A DNA stretch of 61,972 bases from an uncultured Bacilli bacterium (GTDB lineage: Bacteria > Bacillota_I > Bacilli_A > RF39 > UBA660), in contig CAKPFH010000002.1 in NCBI GenBank assembly GCA_934153655.1, forward strand, positions 1 to 61,972, read 5' to 3'. Under the pieces are notes generated by a model. That model did not search any database. It was not told the DNA's origin and saw nothing but the letters and a program-made list of their open reading frames with translations. Made by a program: the position numbers and the translations under genes. Shown piece by piece: positions 1 through 8,597 of this stretch; position 1 is the first letter of the stretch; every line of letters starts with the position of its first letter.

Positions 1-1
1 T

Positions 2-304
2 CGTAAATATAATACTGGTACTATTATAATTACTCAACAACCAACGGACTTTTCTGATCCAGCGGTTATAACCCAAGGTAAAGCAATTTTTGATAATGCT
101 TCTTATTATATGATTATGCAACTTAGAAAACAAGCTGTTGAAGATTTATCACGTTTAGTTGATTTAAATGAAAATGAAATTGAAAGTATTAAAAGATATA
201 GTCAAGGACAAGCTTTGTTTGTATGTGGATCAAGACGTATGCAAATAGATATTGTTGTTACTGAAGATGAACTTTCTTCATTTGGTTCTGGTGGCGGATT
301 ATAA
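2..304 (+). CDS. VirB4-family conjugative T4SS ATPase, C-terminal fragment (5' end lies outside the window)
   Basis: Frame 2 is open from the window edge. The translation RKYNTGTIIITQQPTDFSDP...QALFVCGSRR resembles the C-terminal RKxN..TQ..D region of VirB4/TraE/TcpF-type ATPases. Wall hydrolase and coupling protein genes follow directly. Confidence 0.55.
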   Translation, partial: RKYNTGTIIITQQPTDFSDPAVITQGKAIFDNASYYMIMQLRKQAVEDLSRLVDLNENEIESIKRYSQGQALFVCGSRRMQIDIVVTEDELSSFGSGGGL

Positions 305-334
305 AATTTAAGTAGTAAAGGAAGGTGAAGCCGT

Positions 335-2824
335 ATGAATAATGATGAAAAACAAAACGAAAAACAAGCTAAAATAGAAGCTGGTAAAAATACGGCTCAT
401 GTTGCCGGTAAAGCAACCGCTAAATATTTAGGTGGATCAGTAGGAGGGATGGCATATAATGCTTTAAGTAAAACAAGAGCTGGTCAAAAATTAGAAAATA
501 GTGTAGGAAAAAGAATTGCTAGAACTCCTCGTCTTGGTAAACTTAATAAAAAATTAAATGATTCTGGGGCTATAGATGCTGCTGATAAAGCAATGGATTT
601 ATTAAGTAAAAATCCTAATGGTGCAAATGGTTCAAAGGCTTCAAAAGCTTTATCACCTGAAAATCGAAAATCAAGACTTAATAGTCTTCAAAAACAAAGA
701 AGGCTTTCAATAAATAAAGGAAATGGTTCCAATAGTCAAGATGACGAGAATAGTAGTGCAACAGAAACTGAAAATGATACTTCGGAAGATATAGAAGATG
801 AAAGCAGTGGTAGTACTATTACTAGTATAGAAGATATTAAAAGAAAGATACTTGTTACTAAGATAGCAGGAGTTGTTATTCTTGCTTTGGGTGGTATATT
901 ATTAATTTTTATTCTTTTATCACCTATAATTGCTCTTGTATCATCAGTTGTTTCAATCTTTAGTTTGAATTCCAATAAAGAAGCATCTAAAAGTTATGTT
1001 TATAACGAAGGTGATAAAGAAGCTTTACAGGCTGAAATAGATTTTAATAATGCTATTGTTGGTAGTGAAGATGGATCGGTTCAAGGAATTATTGCTGAAT
1101 ATCAGATAAAATATAATGTTACTTTAGATAAATATGCTTTAGTTGGACCACTTTTATATGCTTATAGTTCTGATGCAGTATCAAGTTCTGATAATATGGA
1201 TCAAGCATCAGAAGCAGAACTTGAAAATCGTTTAGAAGAATTAAATAAAACTGATGAAGATTCATCTTCTAGTTCTTCTGATACTTCCTCTGGAGGTATT
1301 GATTATGATGCTGCTAAAAAGCAAATTACAGCAGTAGCGGCTTTGATGATTACTAAAAGTGGCGGTACTTATTATTCAAATGTGGAAAAAGATGGAGATT
1401 TTTATAATAACTTAATTAATAGTGAATTTTTAAAGAGCTATTATAAAAATTATTTACCAGATGCTAGTAATTTAGAAGCTAGAAAAGAATTAGTAGATGA
1501 TATATTTGAGTATATTGAATTTATAAGAACAGTTGGAGAAGACAAAGTAAATAGTTCTGATGTTCTTAGTGAAATTATTCAAGTATATTTACAAACATGT
1601 GATTTACCATATAATATTACTACTATTAATAATGTAAGAGTTTTTAATAATCCATCAGCAAGTTCTGGTTCTTCTTATCCTGATTCCGTTAGTTTTAAAG
1701 ATTATTTAAAAGGTGTTGTTGAAGGAGAAGTAAATTCTTATATAAAAGAAGAATATAGAGAAGGCTTAAAAGCCATGATGATTGTTGCTACTTCTTATAT
1801 AGTAGGGGATAGTAGATCAGGATTTGATTTACATTCTGGTAAAATGTATTTTCCAACCGGAAATTGTCGTCAGGTATCATGTGATCCAGTTCATGGATGT
1901 GATTATCGTTCTAAAAAATATAATGTTGATGGGAAAACTTCAACCTATGGAACAGCTTATGTTGGAGCTGGTAATCATGCTCCATTAACAGCTGAAGAAA
2001 ATCAATTATTAGATAGTATCTTAGATGAGATTTTTGGAGAAATTATGGTTAAAAAAGGAGTAACTTCAGCTACTTTTACTGGTAGTAAAGATGTTGGTAA
2101 TTCTTCTCACCGTAATAATAAAAATAATTCTGAGTGTGGAGATGGTTGTTTTGGTCAAGAAGATGCTATGGCTGATGCTAAAAATGGCATGAGTTATAAA
2201 GATATACTTGCTAAATATTATGATGCTTCAACTTTTGATGTTATTAATATTAAAGAAGGATTATATGTTGATTCTTCTGATTATGCTAATGGTTCCTTTG
2301 ATGGAAATGTAATATTTTACGATCAAAATGATTATAAAGTAGCCTTTTGTGGTAGAAGGAGTGGTACTATTTCAACATCAGGTTGTGGGGTTACCTCAGC
2401 TGCAATCGTAACTTCATCTTTTACTAAAAATAGACAATATGATCCAGTATATATGATGAAATTAGCTCAAAGTACAGGAGATTGTGGACCTAATATTAGT
2501 GGTACTAATGCTGGTTTCTTTAGAAAATTTGCTAGTAGATTTGGCTTTGGCTATCAAGAAGTAGGAAGAAGTCAATCAGCTAAAGTTTTAGCAGCTCTTA
2601 AAGGTGGTAATGCTATGGTAATTGCTCATATGGGACCAGGTACATTTACTAATAATGGTCACTACATAGTTTTAACTGCTACTAATAATTCAGGTATGGT
2701 TTATGTTCATGATCCAAATAACCGTCGTAATAAGGCTGGTAAAGGTTCAGGAAATGGTTGGTATAGTGTAAACTTAATTGCATCCCAATTAAGAGGAAGT
2801 TTTCATATTATAACAAAGAGGTGA
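335..2824 (+). CDS. T4SS-associated bifunctional cell-wall hydrolase: K/N/S-rich N-tail, one TM segment, SpoIID-like domain, C-terminal papain-like (C39-like) Cys peptidase
   Basis: RBS AAGGAAGGTGA lies upstream. TM segment at aa 176-210. SpoIID hallmarks are YLKGVVEGEV..GLKAMMIVATSY and GQEDAMADAKNGMSYKDILAKYY. The C-terminal candidate triad is SGC684GVTSAA, NGH776YIVL and VHD793P. Confidence 0.65.
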   Translation: MNNDEKQNEKQAKIEAGKNTAHVAGKATAKYLGGSVGGMAYNALSKTRAGQKLENSVGKRIARTPRLGKLNKKLNDSGAIDAADKAMDLLSKNPNGANGSKASKALSPENRKSRLNSLQKQRRLSINKGNGSNSQDDENSSATETENDTSEDIEDESSGSTITSIEDIKRKILVTKIAGVVILALGGILLIFILLSPIIALVSSVVSIFSLNSNKEASKSYVYNEGDKEALQAEIDFNNAIVGSEDGSVQGIIAEYQIKYNVTLDKYALVGPLLYAYSSDAVSSSDNMDQASEAELENRLEELNKTDEDSSSSSSDTSSGGIDYDAAKKQITAVAALMITKSGGTYYSNVEKDGDFYNNLINSEFLKSYYKNYLPDASNLEARKELVDDIFEYIEFIRTVGEDKVNSSDVLSEIIQVYLQTCDLPYNITTINNVRVFNNPSASSGSSYPDSVSFKDYLKGVVEGEVNSYIKEEYREGLKAMMIVATSYIVGDSRSGFDLHSGKMYFPTGNCRQVSCDPVHGCDYRSKKYNVDGKTSTYGTAYVGAGNHAPLTAEENQLLDSILDEIFGEIMVKKGVTSATFTGSKDVGNSSHRNNKNNSECGDGCFGQEDAMADAKNGMSYKDILAKYYDASTFDVINIKEGLYVDSSDYANGSFDGNVIFYDQNDYKVAFCGRRSGTISTSGCGVTSAAIVTSSFTKNRQYDPVYMMKLAQSTGDCGPNISGTNAGFFRKFASRFGFGYQEVGRSQSAKVLAALKGGNAMVIAHMGPGTFTNNGHYIVLTATNNSGMVYVHDPNNRRNKAGKGSGNGWYSVNLIASQLRGSFHIITKR

Positions 2825-2826
2825 AA

Positions 2827-3522
2827 ATGAAAAAAATATTATTTTTAATACCAATGTTATTAATAATTACTGGATGTAGTGTAACCAATAATATAACAAT
2901 TAATAAAGATTTAACTGTTGAAGAAAAAATAAATATGGCTGAAAGTTCTGAATTTTTTGCAAGTAGATATAAAGAATTACCAATTACAGTAATTAAATCA
3001 ATTTTAGATACAGGCAATCGCAAAAATACTTTAATTGAAAATGGTTATAGTTATGAAATTGTTGAAAATAATGCTTATCCATCAGTTGATGCTACCAAAA
3101 AATATAATTCATTAGAAGAATTTGCTAATTCTTCAATTTTTAATAAGCAATTATATCAAAATATTACTGTTACTGAAAATAATGGCTTGATTACTTTACA
3201 TGCAAGTGATATTATATTTCAAGATGAATTTGATCAAGAAATTTATACTTTTGATACATGTTCAATTTCTATTACTTTGCCGTATGTTGTTGAAGACAAC
3301 AATGCTAATACATTTTATAAAAAGACAAATACTTATACCTGGAATTTTAAAAAAGATGAGATAAGAGATATTACTTTAACATTTAATAAAAATAAAATAT
3401 ATGTATATGATTTAGCAAGATATATTTCTTATTTAATTCTTGTTTTAGTAATAATTGCTATTATTGTAATAATTGTAAAAATGTATAAGAAAAATAAATT
3501 TAATAATCAAATTTCTAGTTAG
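2827..3522 (+). CDS. Lipoprotein with C-terminal TM anchor, unknown function (T4SS cluster)
   Basis: ATG at 2827 sits behind AGAGGTGA (the ORF track starts at GTG 2821). Lipobox LLIITGCS is present. A C-terminal hydrophobic helix YLILVLVIIAIIVIIV follows. Confidence 0.55.
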   Translation: MKKILFLIPMLLIITGCSVTNNITINKDLTVEEKINMAESSEFFASRYKELPITVIKSILDTGNRKNTLIENGYSYEIVENNAYPSVDATKKYNSLEEFANSSIFNKQLYQNITVTENNGLITLHASDIIFQDEFDQEIYTFDTCSISITLPYVVEDNNANTFYKKTNTYTWNFKKDEIRDITLTFNKNKIYVYDLARYISYLILVLVIIAIIVIIVKMYKKNKFNNQISS

Positions 3523-3533
3523 GAGAATAAAGT

Positions 3534-5894
3534 ATGAAATTAAAAATGCGTTTTGATGCTGACGATATGAAAAAGTTTTTATTAGTTTGCTTAGCTCTTT
3601 TATATGTAGTTTGTATTGCAATTTCAAATTTATCATCTGTGACTGCTACAGGAGAATTTACCGGATTAAATCCTTTACCTGCTTTTAGTAAAGATTTACT
3701 TATGGCAACTATAGTTTTTTATATTTTTGCTTTAGTTGCTTTACTTGTTAGTTGTAAAAGTTATTTCTTTGAATTTGATAAAGGAATTGGTTTTTCAACA
3801 GAAAAAAAATCAGGTGATGGCTATAGTAAATGGTGTGATGATAAGGACATGAAAAAGCAATTAAAGCTTGTTCATCCAATGGATGAACATACTGATTATG
3901 CTGGAGTTGCTTTAATTAATGATGGTAAAAAAATATATGTTGATAACAGTGAATATCATAACTTAGTAATTGGTTCAACTGGATCTGGTAAAACAACGGC
4001 TATAATTTTCCCGATGATTGAACTTCTTGCTAAGCATGGAGAATCAATGATTTTAACTGATCCTAAAGGAGAGTTATATGAAAAGAAAAGTAATATGCTA
4101 CGTTCTAAAGGATATAAAATTGTTCTTTTAAACTTCCGTGAACCAGGAAAAGGTAATGCTTGGAACCCTTTAACTTTACCATATAGATTATGGAAAAGTG
4201 GAAATCAAGATAAAGCAATTGAGCTTTTGGATGACTTAGCTTTAAATATCCTATATGATGAATCTAATAAAAATAGTGATCCTTTCTGGGAAAAAACTTC
4301 AGCTGATTATTTTTCAGGTTTAACTTTAGGTCTTTTTGAAGATGCTAAAGAAGAAGAAATTAATTTAAATAGTATTAGTTTAATGACAACTATTGGAGAA
4401 GATAAAATAGGGGGTAGTACGTATGTAAAAGAATATTTTAATACTAAAGATCCTAATAGCCCAGCTTATATTAACGCATCATCTACTATTCTTGCTCCTA
4501 GTGATACTAAAATGAGTATTATTGCTGTTTTTAAACAAAAAATAAAATTATTTGCTTCTCGTGCTAATTTATCTGAAATGTTATCACATAGTGATTTTGA
4601 TATAGCAGATATTGGAAGACAAAAAACAGCTGTATTTATAATTATTCAAGATGAAAAGAAAACATATCATTCATTAGTAACAATTTTAATCAAACAAATT
4701 TATGAAACTTTAATTGATGTTGCTCAAAGTAATAATGGTAAACTTCCAATAAGAACTAACTTTTTATTAGATGAATTTGCTAATATGCCACCATTAAAAG
4801 ATGTTACAACTATGATAACTGCTGCACGCAGTCGTTTAATGCGATTTACGATGATTATTCAAAATTTTGCTCAATTAAATGAAGTTTATGGTGAGCAAAA
4901 TGCTGAAACTATTAAAGGTAACTGTGGTAACATGATTTATCTTATTTCAACTGAATTAAGAGCTTTAGAAGAAATTAGTAAAATGTGTGGAGATGTTAAA
5001 GTTAAAACTGGTAAAGGTGATAAAGAAAAAGAAGAAACAAGACCTTTAATTACTATAAGTGATTTACAAAAACTAAAAATGAATGAAGTAATCATTAGAA
5101 GACTTCGTATGGCTCCTTTTAAAACTAAGTTAACTCCTGATTATAAAATGAATTGGGGTAGAACTTATAAACCAGCTTTAACATCTAATATAAAAGAAAG
5201 ACCAAGAAGAGAAGTTAAAGTATTTGATATTCGCGAATTTGTCAAAGAAAAGAAAAAAGAAAACAATCCATTTGCTGGTGGCTTCCCATCTTCTGGCGGA
5301 ATGACTTCACCTTTTGGAGGTGGATTTGATCAACCTTTCCCTAGTATGTTTGGAGGAGGCAATGACTTTGATTTCCCAAGTTCTCCAAAGCCTAATAATC
5401 AATCAAAAATTGATGTTGATAGAATTCTTAAAAATATTGATGCTAAAATAGCTGAACTTGAAGAAGAAGAGAAAAAAGCTAATGAACAAGAAAATTTACT
5501 TAATAAAACTGTTTCTCAGACTGACTCTAAAGCTACTATAGATACTAATTCAAATAATAGTCAAGAATTAGTCAAACCAAATATCAATGAAGCAATTAGT
5601 AATGCTTTTAAAGATGATTTAGAAGAACTTACTTCTCCTTCGAATATTTCTGATAATAATACTAATATTCAAAATATTATATCTGATTTTAATGATGAAA
5701 AATTTATTTCTAAAGATGATGATAATAATATTGTTGAACATAAAGATACACCAGAAAACATTGATGAATTAATTGATAAAATAAAAGAGCAAACTAAAAA
5801 TAATGAAAATATCACTCCTAATATGAATTTAGTAGAAGAAAATAAATATCAAGAAGTAAATGATGATGAATTTTTTGATGATTTCTTTGATTAA
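3534..5894 (+). CDS. Type IV coupling protein (VirD4/TraG/TcpA-like) with long low-complexity C-terminal tail
   Basis: RBS AGGAG. Two N-terminal TM helices. Walker A is VIGSTGSGKTT and a Walker B-like motif is FLLDEFANMP. The last ~230 aa are G/F-rich and then N/D/E-rich. Confidence 0.8.
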   Translation: MKLKMRFDADDMKKFLLVCLALLYVVCIAISNLSSVTATGEFTGLNPLPAFSKDLLMATIVFYIFALVALLVSCKSYFFEFDKGIGFSTEKKSGDGYSKWCDDKDMKKQLKLVHPMDEHTDYAGVALINDGKKIYVDNSEYHNLVIGSTGSGKTTAIIFPMIELLAKHGESMILTDPKGELYEKKSNMLRSKGYKIVLLNFREPGKGNAWNPLTLPYRLWKSGNQDKAIELLDDLALNILYDESNKNSDPFWEKTSADYFSGLTLGLFEDAKEEEINLNSISLMTTIGEDKIGGSTYVKEYFNTKDPNSPAYINASSTILAPSDTKMSIIAVFKQKIKLFASRANLSEMLSHSDFDIADIGRQKTAVFIIIQDEKKTYHSLVTILIKQIYETLIDVAQSNNGKLPIRTNFLLDEFANMPPLKDVTTMITAARSRLMRFTMIIQNFAQLNEVYGEQNAETIKGNCGNMIYLISTELRALEEISKMCGDVKVKTGKGDKEKEETRPLITISDLQKLKMNEVIIRRLRMAPFKTKLTPDYKMNWGRTYKPALTSNIKERPRREVKVFDIREFVKEKKKENNPFAGGFPSSGGMTSPFGGGFDQPFPSMFGGGNDFDFPSSPKPNNQSKIDVDRILKNIDAKIAELEEEEKKANEQENLLNKTVSQTDSKATIDTNSNNSQELVKPNINEAISNAFKDDLEELTSPSNISDNNTNIQNIISDFNDEKFISKDDDNNIVEHKDTPENIDELIDKIKEQTKNNENITPNMNLVEENKYQEVNDDEFFDDFFD

Positions 5895-5922
5895 TGCAAC
5901 TTTTTTTAAGTTGCATTTTTTT
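5893..5922 (+). terminator. Rho-independent terminator after the coupling protein gene
   Basis: Stem AATGCAACT / AGTTGCATT with a 7-nt loop, followed by a T-run. Confidence 0.6.
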
Positions 5923-5926
5923 CTAC

Positions 5927-5955
5927 TTGATAATAGTCTTATTATTTGCTATAAT
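5927..5955 (+). promoter_or_regulatory. Sigma-A-like promoter
   Basis: TTGATA - 17 nt - TATAAT, with TG one base upstream of the -10 (extended -10). Confidence 0.5.
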
Positions 5956-5981
5956 GAATAAGTAATATAGAGGTGTTAAAT

Positions 5982-7400
5982 ATGAAGAAAATAAAAAAAG
6001 TCTTATTATTTTTAATAATTTGTTGTTCTTGGTTTAATGTTTTAGCTGAGCCAACAACAGAAGATGAGACTAAAAAAAGTAGTGATGCTACTTTAAAAGA
6101 TGTATACATAAATGATGAAAAAGTTGTTTGTTCTAACTACGTATGTGAAAAAATAATTGAAGATAATGATGTTAAGAAAGTTATAATTACTTATAAAGTA
6201 AATGATGAAAAAGCAACAGTTGCTAAAGAAAAATTAGAAGTAGATTTAAAAGATGGCTTAAATGAATTTAAAGTAAAAGTTACAGCTGAAGATGAAACAG
6301 TTAAAGAATATACCTTTAAAATTAATAAAAAAGTATTATCTACTGATAGCTCTTTAAAAAAAATAAATGTAAACGGAGAAGAAGTAACTTTAAAAAGTGG
6401 TGTAACTAAATATAATGTTAGTGTTAGTTATGCTGCTAAAAAAATTGAAATAGAAGCAACTCCTAATAATGCATCAGCTAAAATAGATGGTTTTAAAAAT
6501 AATAAAATATCTTATGATTTCTTTGATGATACTAAAGAAATTAAAATAAAAGTAATAGCTGAAGCTGGAGATGTAACAACTTATATATTAAATGTAAGTA
6601 AAAGAGAAGAAAAAAATACTGATTTAAAAAGTTTAACTATTAAAAATGTAAAATTAAACTTCGAAAGTGGTGTTTATGATTATGAAATAACAGTTGTTAA
6701 AAGCTTTACTAGTTTAGAAATAGTTGCCGATGCTGTTGATCAAAATGCTAAAGTAACTGTAAATGGTGGTAAAAACCTTGAAATAGGTGATAATACCGTT
6801 ACTATTTTAGTTGAAAATGATGGTAATAGTAAAACTTATACCTTAAATGTTAAAAGACTTGAAAGTGAAGATAAAACTTTAACTAATTTAAAAAGTCTAA
6901 AAATAGAAAAATACGAATTAGATTTTAAAGAAGACAAATATGAATATGATTTAAAAATAGGTGATGATAATTATCTTGTAATTGAAGCCTTACCTTTAGT
7001 TGATACTTGTGATGTTAGTGTAACAGGTAATTTAGATTTAGTAGATGGTAGTGTTATTAAAATAAAAGTTTCTTATGATGATGATAATTATAATATTTAT
7101 AAAATTAATATTATAAAAGAAGTATCTAAAACTAAAGAAAATAATACAAGTAAATTAGTAATAATAATTGTTATAGCTTTAATATTAACAGCTATTATAG
7201 TATTACTTGTTATTCAACTTAAAAATAGAAAAAACAAAGATAAAAATAATAAAAATAATGAAAATAATAAAAATGATAAAAATGATAAAAATAATATAAA
7301 TTTAATGGAAGATGAGAAAAAGGAAGAAGTAAAAGAAGAAATAAAAAGTTCTAATCTTATTTCCATTAGTGATGATTCAGAAATTGAAGATATAATTTAA
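5982..7400 (+). CDS. Surface protein with ~4 cadherin-like beta-sandwich repeats, C-terminal TM anchor and K/N-rich tail
   Basis: ATG at 5982 behind AGAGGTG. Signal peptide present. A repeated pattern recurs: SDATLKDVYIN.., DSSLKKINVNGEEVTL.., NTDLKSLTIKNVKLNF..YDYEITV, DKTLTNLKSLKIEKYELDF..YEYDLKI. TM segment LVIIIVIALILTAIIVLLVI. Confidence 0.6.
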   Translation: MKKIKKVLLFLIICCSWFNVLAEPTTEDETKKSSDATLKDVYINDEKVVCSNYVCEKIIEDNDVKKVIITYKVNDEKATVAKEKLEVDLKDGLNEFKVKVTAEDETVKEYTFKINKKVLSTDSSLKKINVNGEEVTLKSGVTKYNVSVSYAAKKIEIEATPNNASAKIDGFKNNKISYDFFDDTKEIKIKVIAEAGDVTTYILNVSKREEKNTDLKSLTIKNVKLNFESGVYDYEITVVKSFTSLEIVADAVDQNAKVTVNGGKNLEIGDNTVTILVENDGNSKTYTLNVKRLESEDKTLTNLKSLKIEKYELDFKEDKYEYDLKIGDDNYLVIEALPLVDTCDVSVTGNLDLVDGSVIKIKVSYDDDNYNIYKINIIKEVSKTKENNTSKLVIIIVIALILTAIIVLLVIQLKNRKNKDKNNKNNENNKNDKNDKNNINLMEDEKKEEVKEEIKSSNLISISDDSEIEDII

Positions 7401-7415
7401 TAAGGAAATGATTTT

Positions 7416-8540
7416 ATGCTAAAAAAGATGGATAAATGGTTAGTTATTTGTAGTTTTATATTATTAGTACTTGGCTTAATCATGATATTTTCAGCTAGTA
7501 ATGTTACTAGTTATATGAAATATTCAAAAAGTCCATATTACTATTTTATTAAACAATCTGCTTTTTTAGTTATAAGCCTATTTCTTTCTTTTTTTATTTT
7601 AAAAATAGATACAAGGAAATATCATTATATAAGTTTTCCTTTAATACTTGCTATTATAGCTTTACTTGTTATTGTTTTATTTAATGGTAAAGTAAGTAAT
7701 CAAGCTAAGAGTTGGTTTAGTATTTTTGGTATATTTACAGTTCAACCAAGTGAATTTGCTAAAATATTTACAATTATGTGGTTTAGTTCTTATTATAGTA
7801 TTCCTAAAAATTGTCAAGATTTAAAAAAAGTTTTATTTCCTTTAGTATTAGCAGTTTCTATTGCTTTTCTAATAGCTTTACAACCAGATTTAGGTACTAC
7901 TACTTTATATTGTGCTTTAGTATTTTTAATGTTTTTGATTTTACCTATTTCTAAAAAAATAAAAAGAAATAGTATAATTTCTGTTATTGCTATTATCGGA
8001 GGCGCTCTTTTATTACTTTTAAATAATGGAGTTAAACTAGTATTTGCTAGACAAATTCAAAGGTTTAATTTTTTAAATCCTTGTGAAAGAATATATAGTG
8101 ATGGTAATCAAGTATGTAATGGTTATATAGCAATTAATAATGGTGGTTTATTTGGAAAAGGTCTTGGTAATAGTACTCAAAAATATTTATATTTACCCGA
8201 GGCTTATACTGATTTTATTTTTGCTATTGTTGTTGAAGAATTAGGTCTTATTATTTCAATTGTAATTATTCTTTTGATGTTTATTGTTCTTTGGCGAATA
8301 TTTTTGATTGCCAAAAGAAGTACAACTACCAGAGGAGCTTTACTTTGTTATGGGGTTTTCTTTTACATTTTACTTCATATTATTATAAATTTAGGTGGCT
8401 TGTTAGGTCTTATTCCTTTAACTGGTGTACCACTTCCATTTTTATCTTATGGAGGAAGTTATTTAATGTGTTTAGTTTCAAGTATTGCTATTGTTCTTAA
8501 AGTTGATTTAGAAAATAAATCTTCTAAAAAAATAAAATAG
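7416..8540 (+). CDS. SEDS-family peptidoglycan glycosyltransferase (FtsW/RodA/SpoVE)
   Basis: About 10 TM segments. Motifs QPSEFAKI, LQPDLGT, LPEAYTDFIF and PLPFLSYGGS are present. Confidence 0.85.
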   Translation: MLKKMDKWLVICSFILLVLGLIMIFSASNVTSYMKYSKSPYYYFIKQSAFLVISLFLSFFILKIDTRKYHYISFPLILAIIALLVIVLFNGKVSNQAKSWFSIFGIFTVQPSEFAKIFTIMWFSSYYSIPKNCQDLKKVLFPLVLAVSIAFLIALQPDLGTTTLYCALVFLMFLILPISKKIKRNSIISVIAIIGGALLLLLNNGVKLVFARQIQRFNFLNPCERIYSDGNQVCNGYIAINNGGLFGKGLGNSTQKYLYLPEAYTDFIFAIVVEELGLIISIVIILLMFIVLWRIFLIAKRSTTTRGALLCYGVFFYILLHIIINLGGLLGLIPLTGVPLPFLSYGGSYLMCLVSSIAIVLKVDLENKSSKKIK

Positions 8541-8597
8541 ACTACTTGTATAATTATTTTGATAATGATATAATTAATTTATGATAGAGAGGTGCTT

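Noticed and set aside
8291-8500. Same-strand alternative-frame ORFs inside longer genes (also 30723-30932, 36292-36492, 42803-42985 and 45661-45849)
   Set aside because: They are embedded in or trailing genes with clear family motifs. They have no RBS and no motif of their own.
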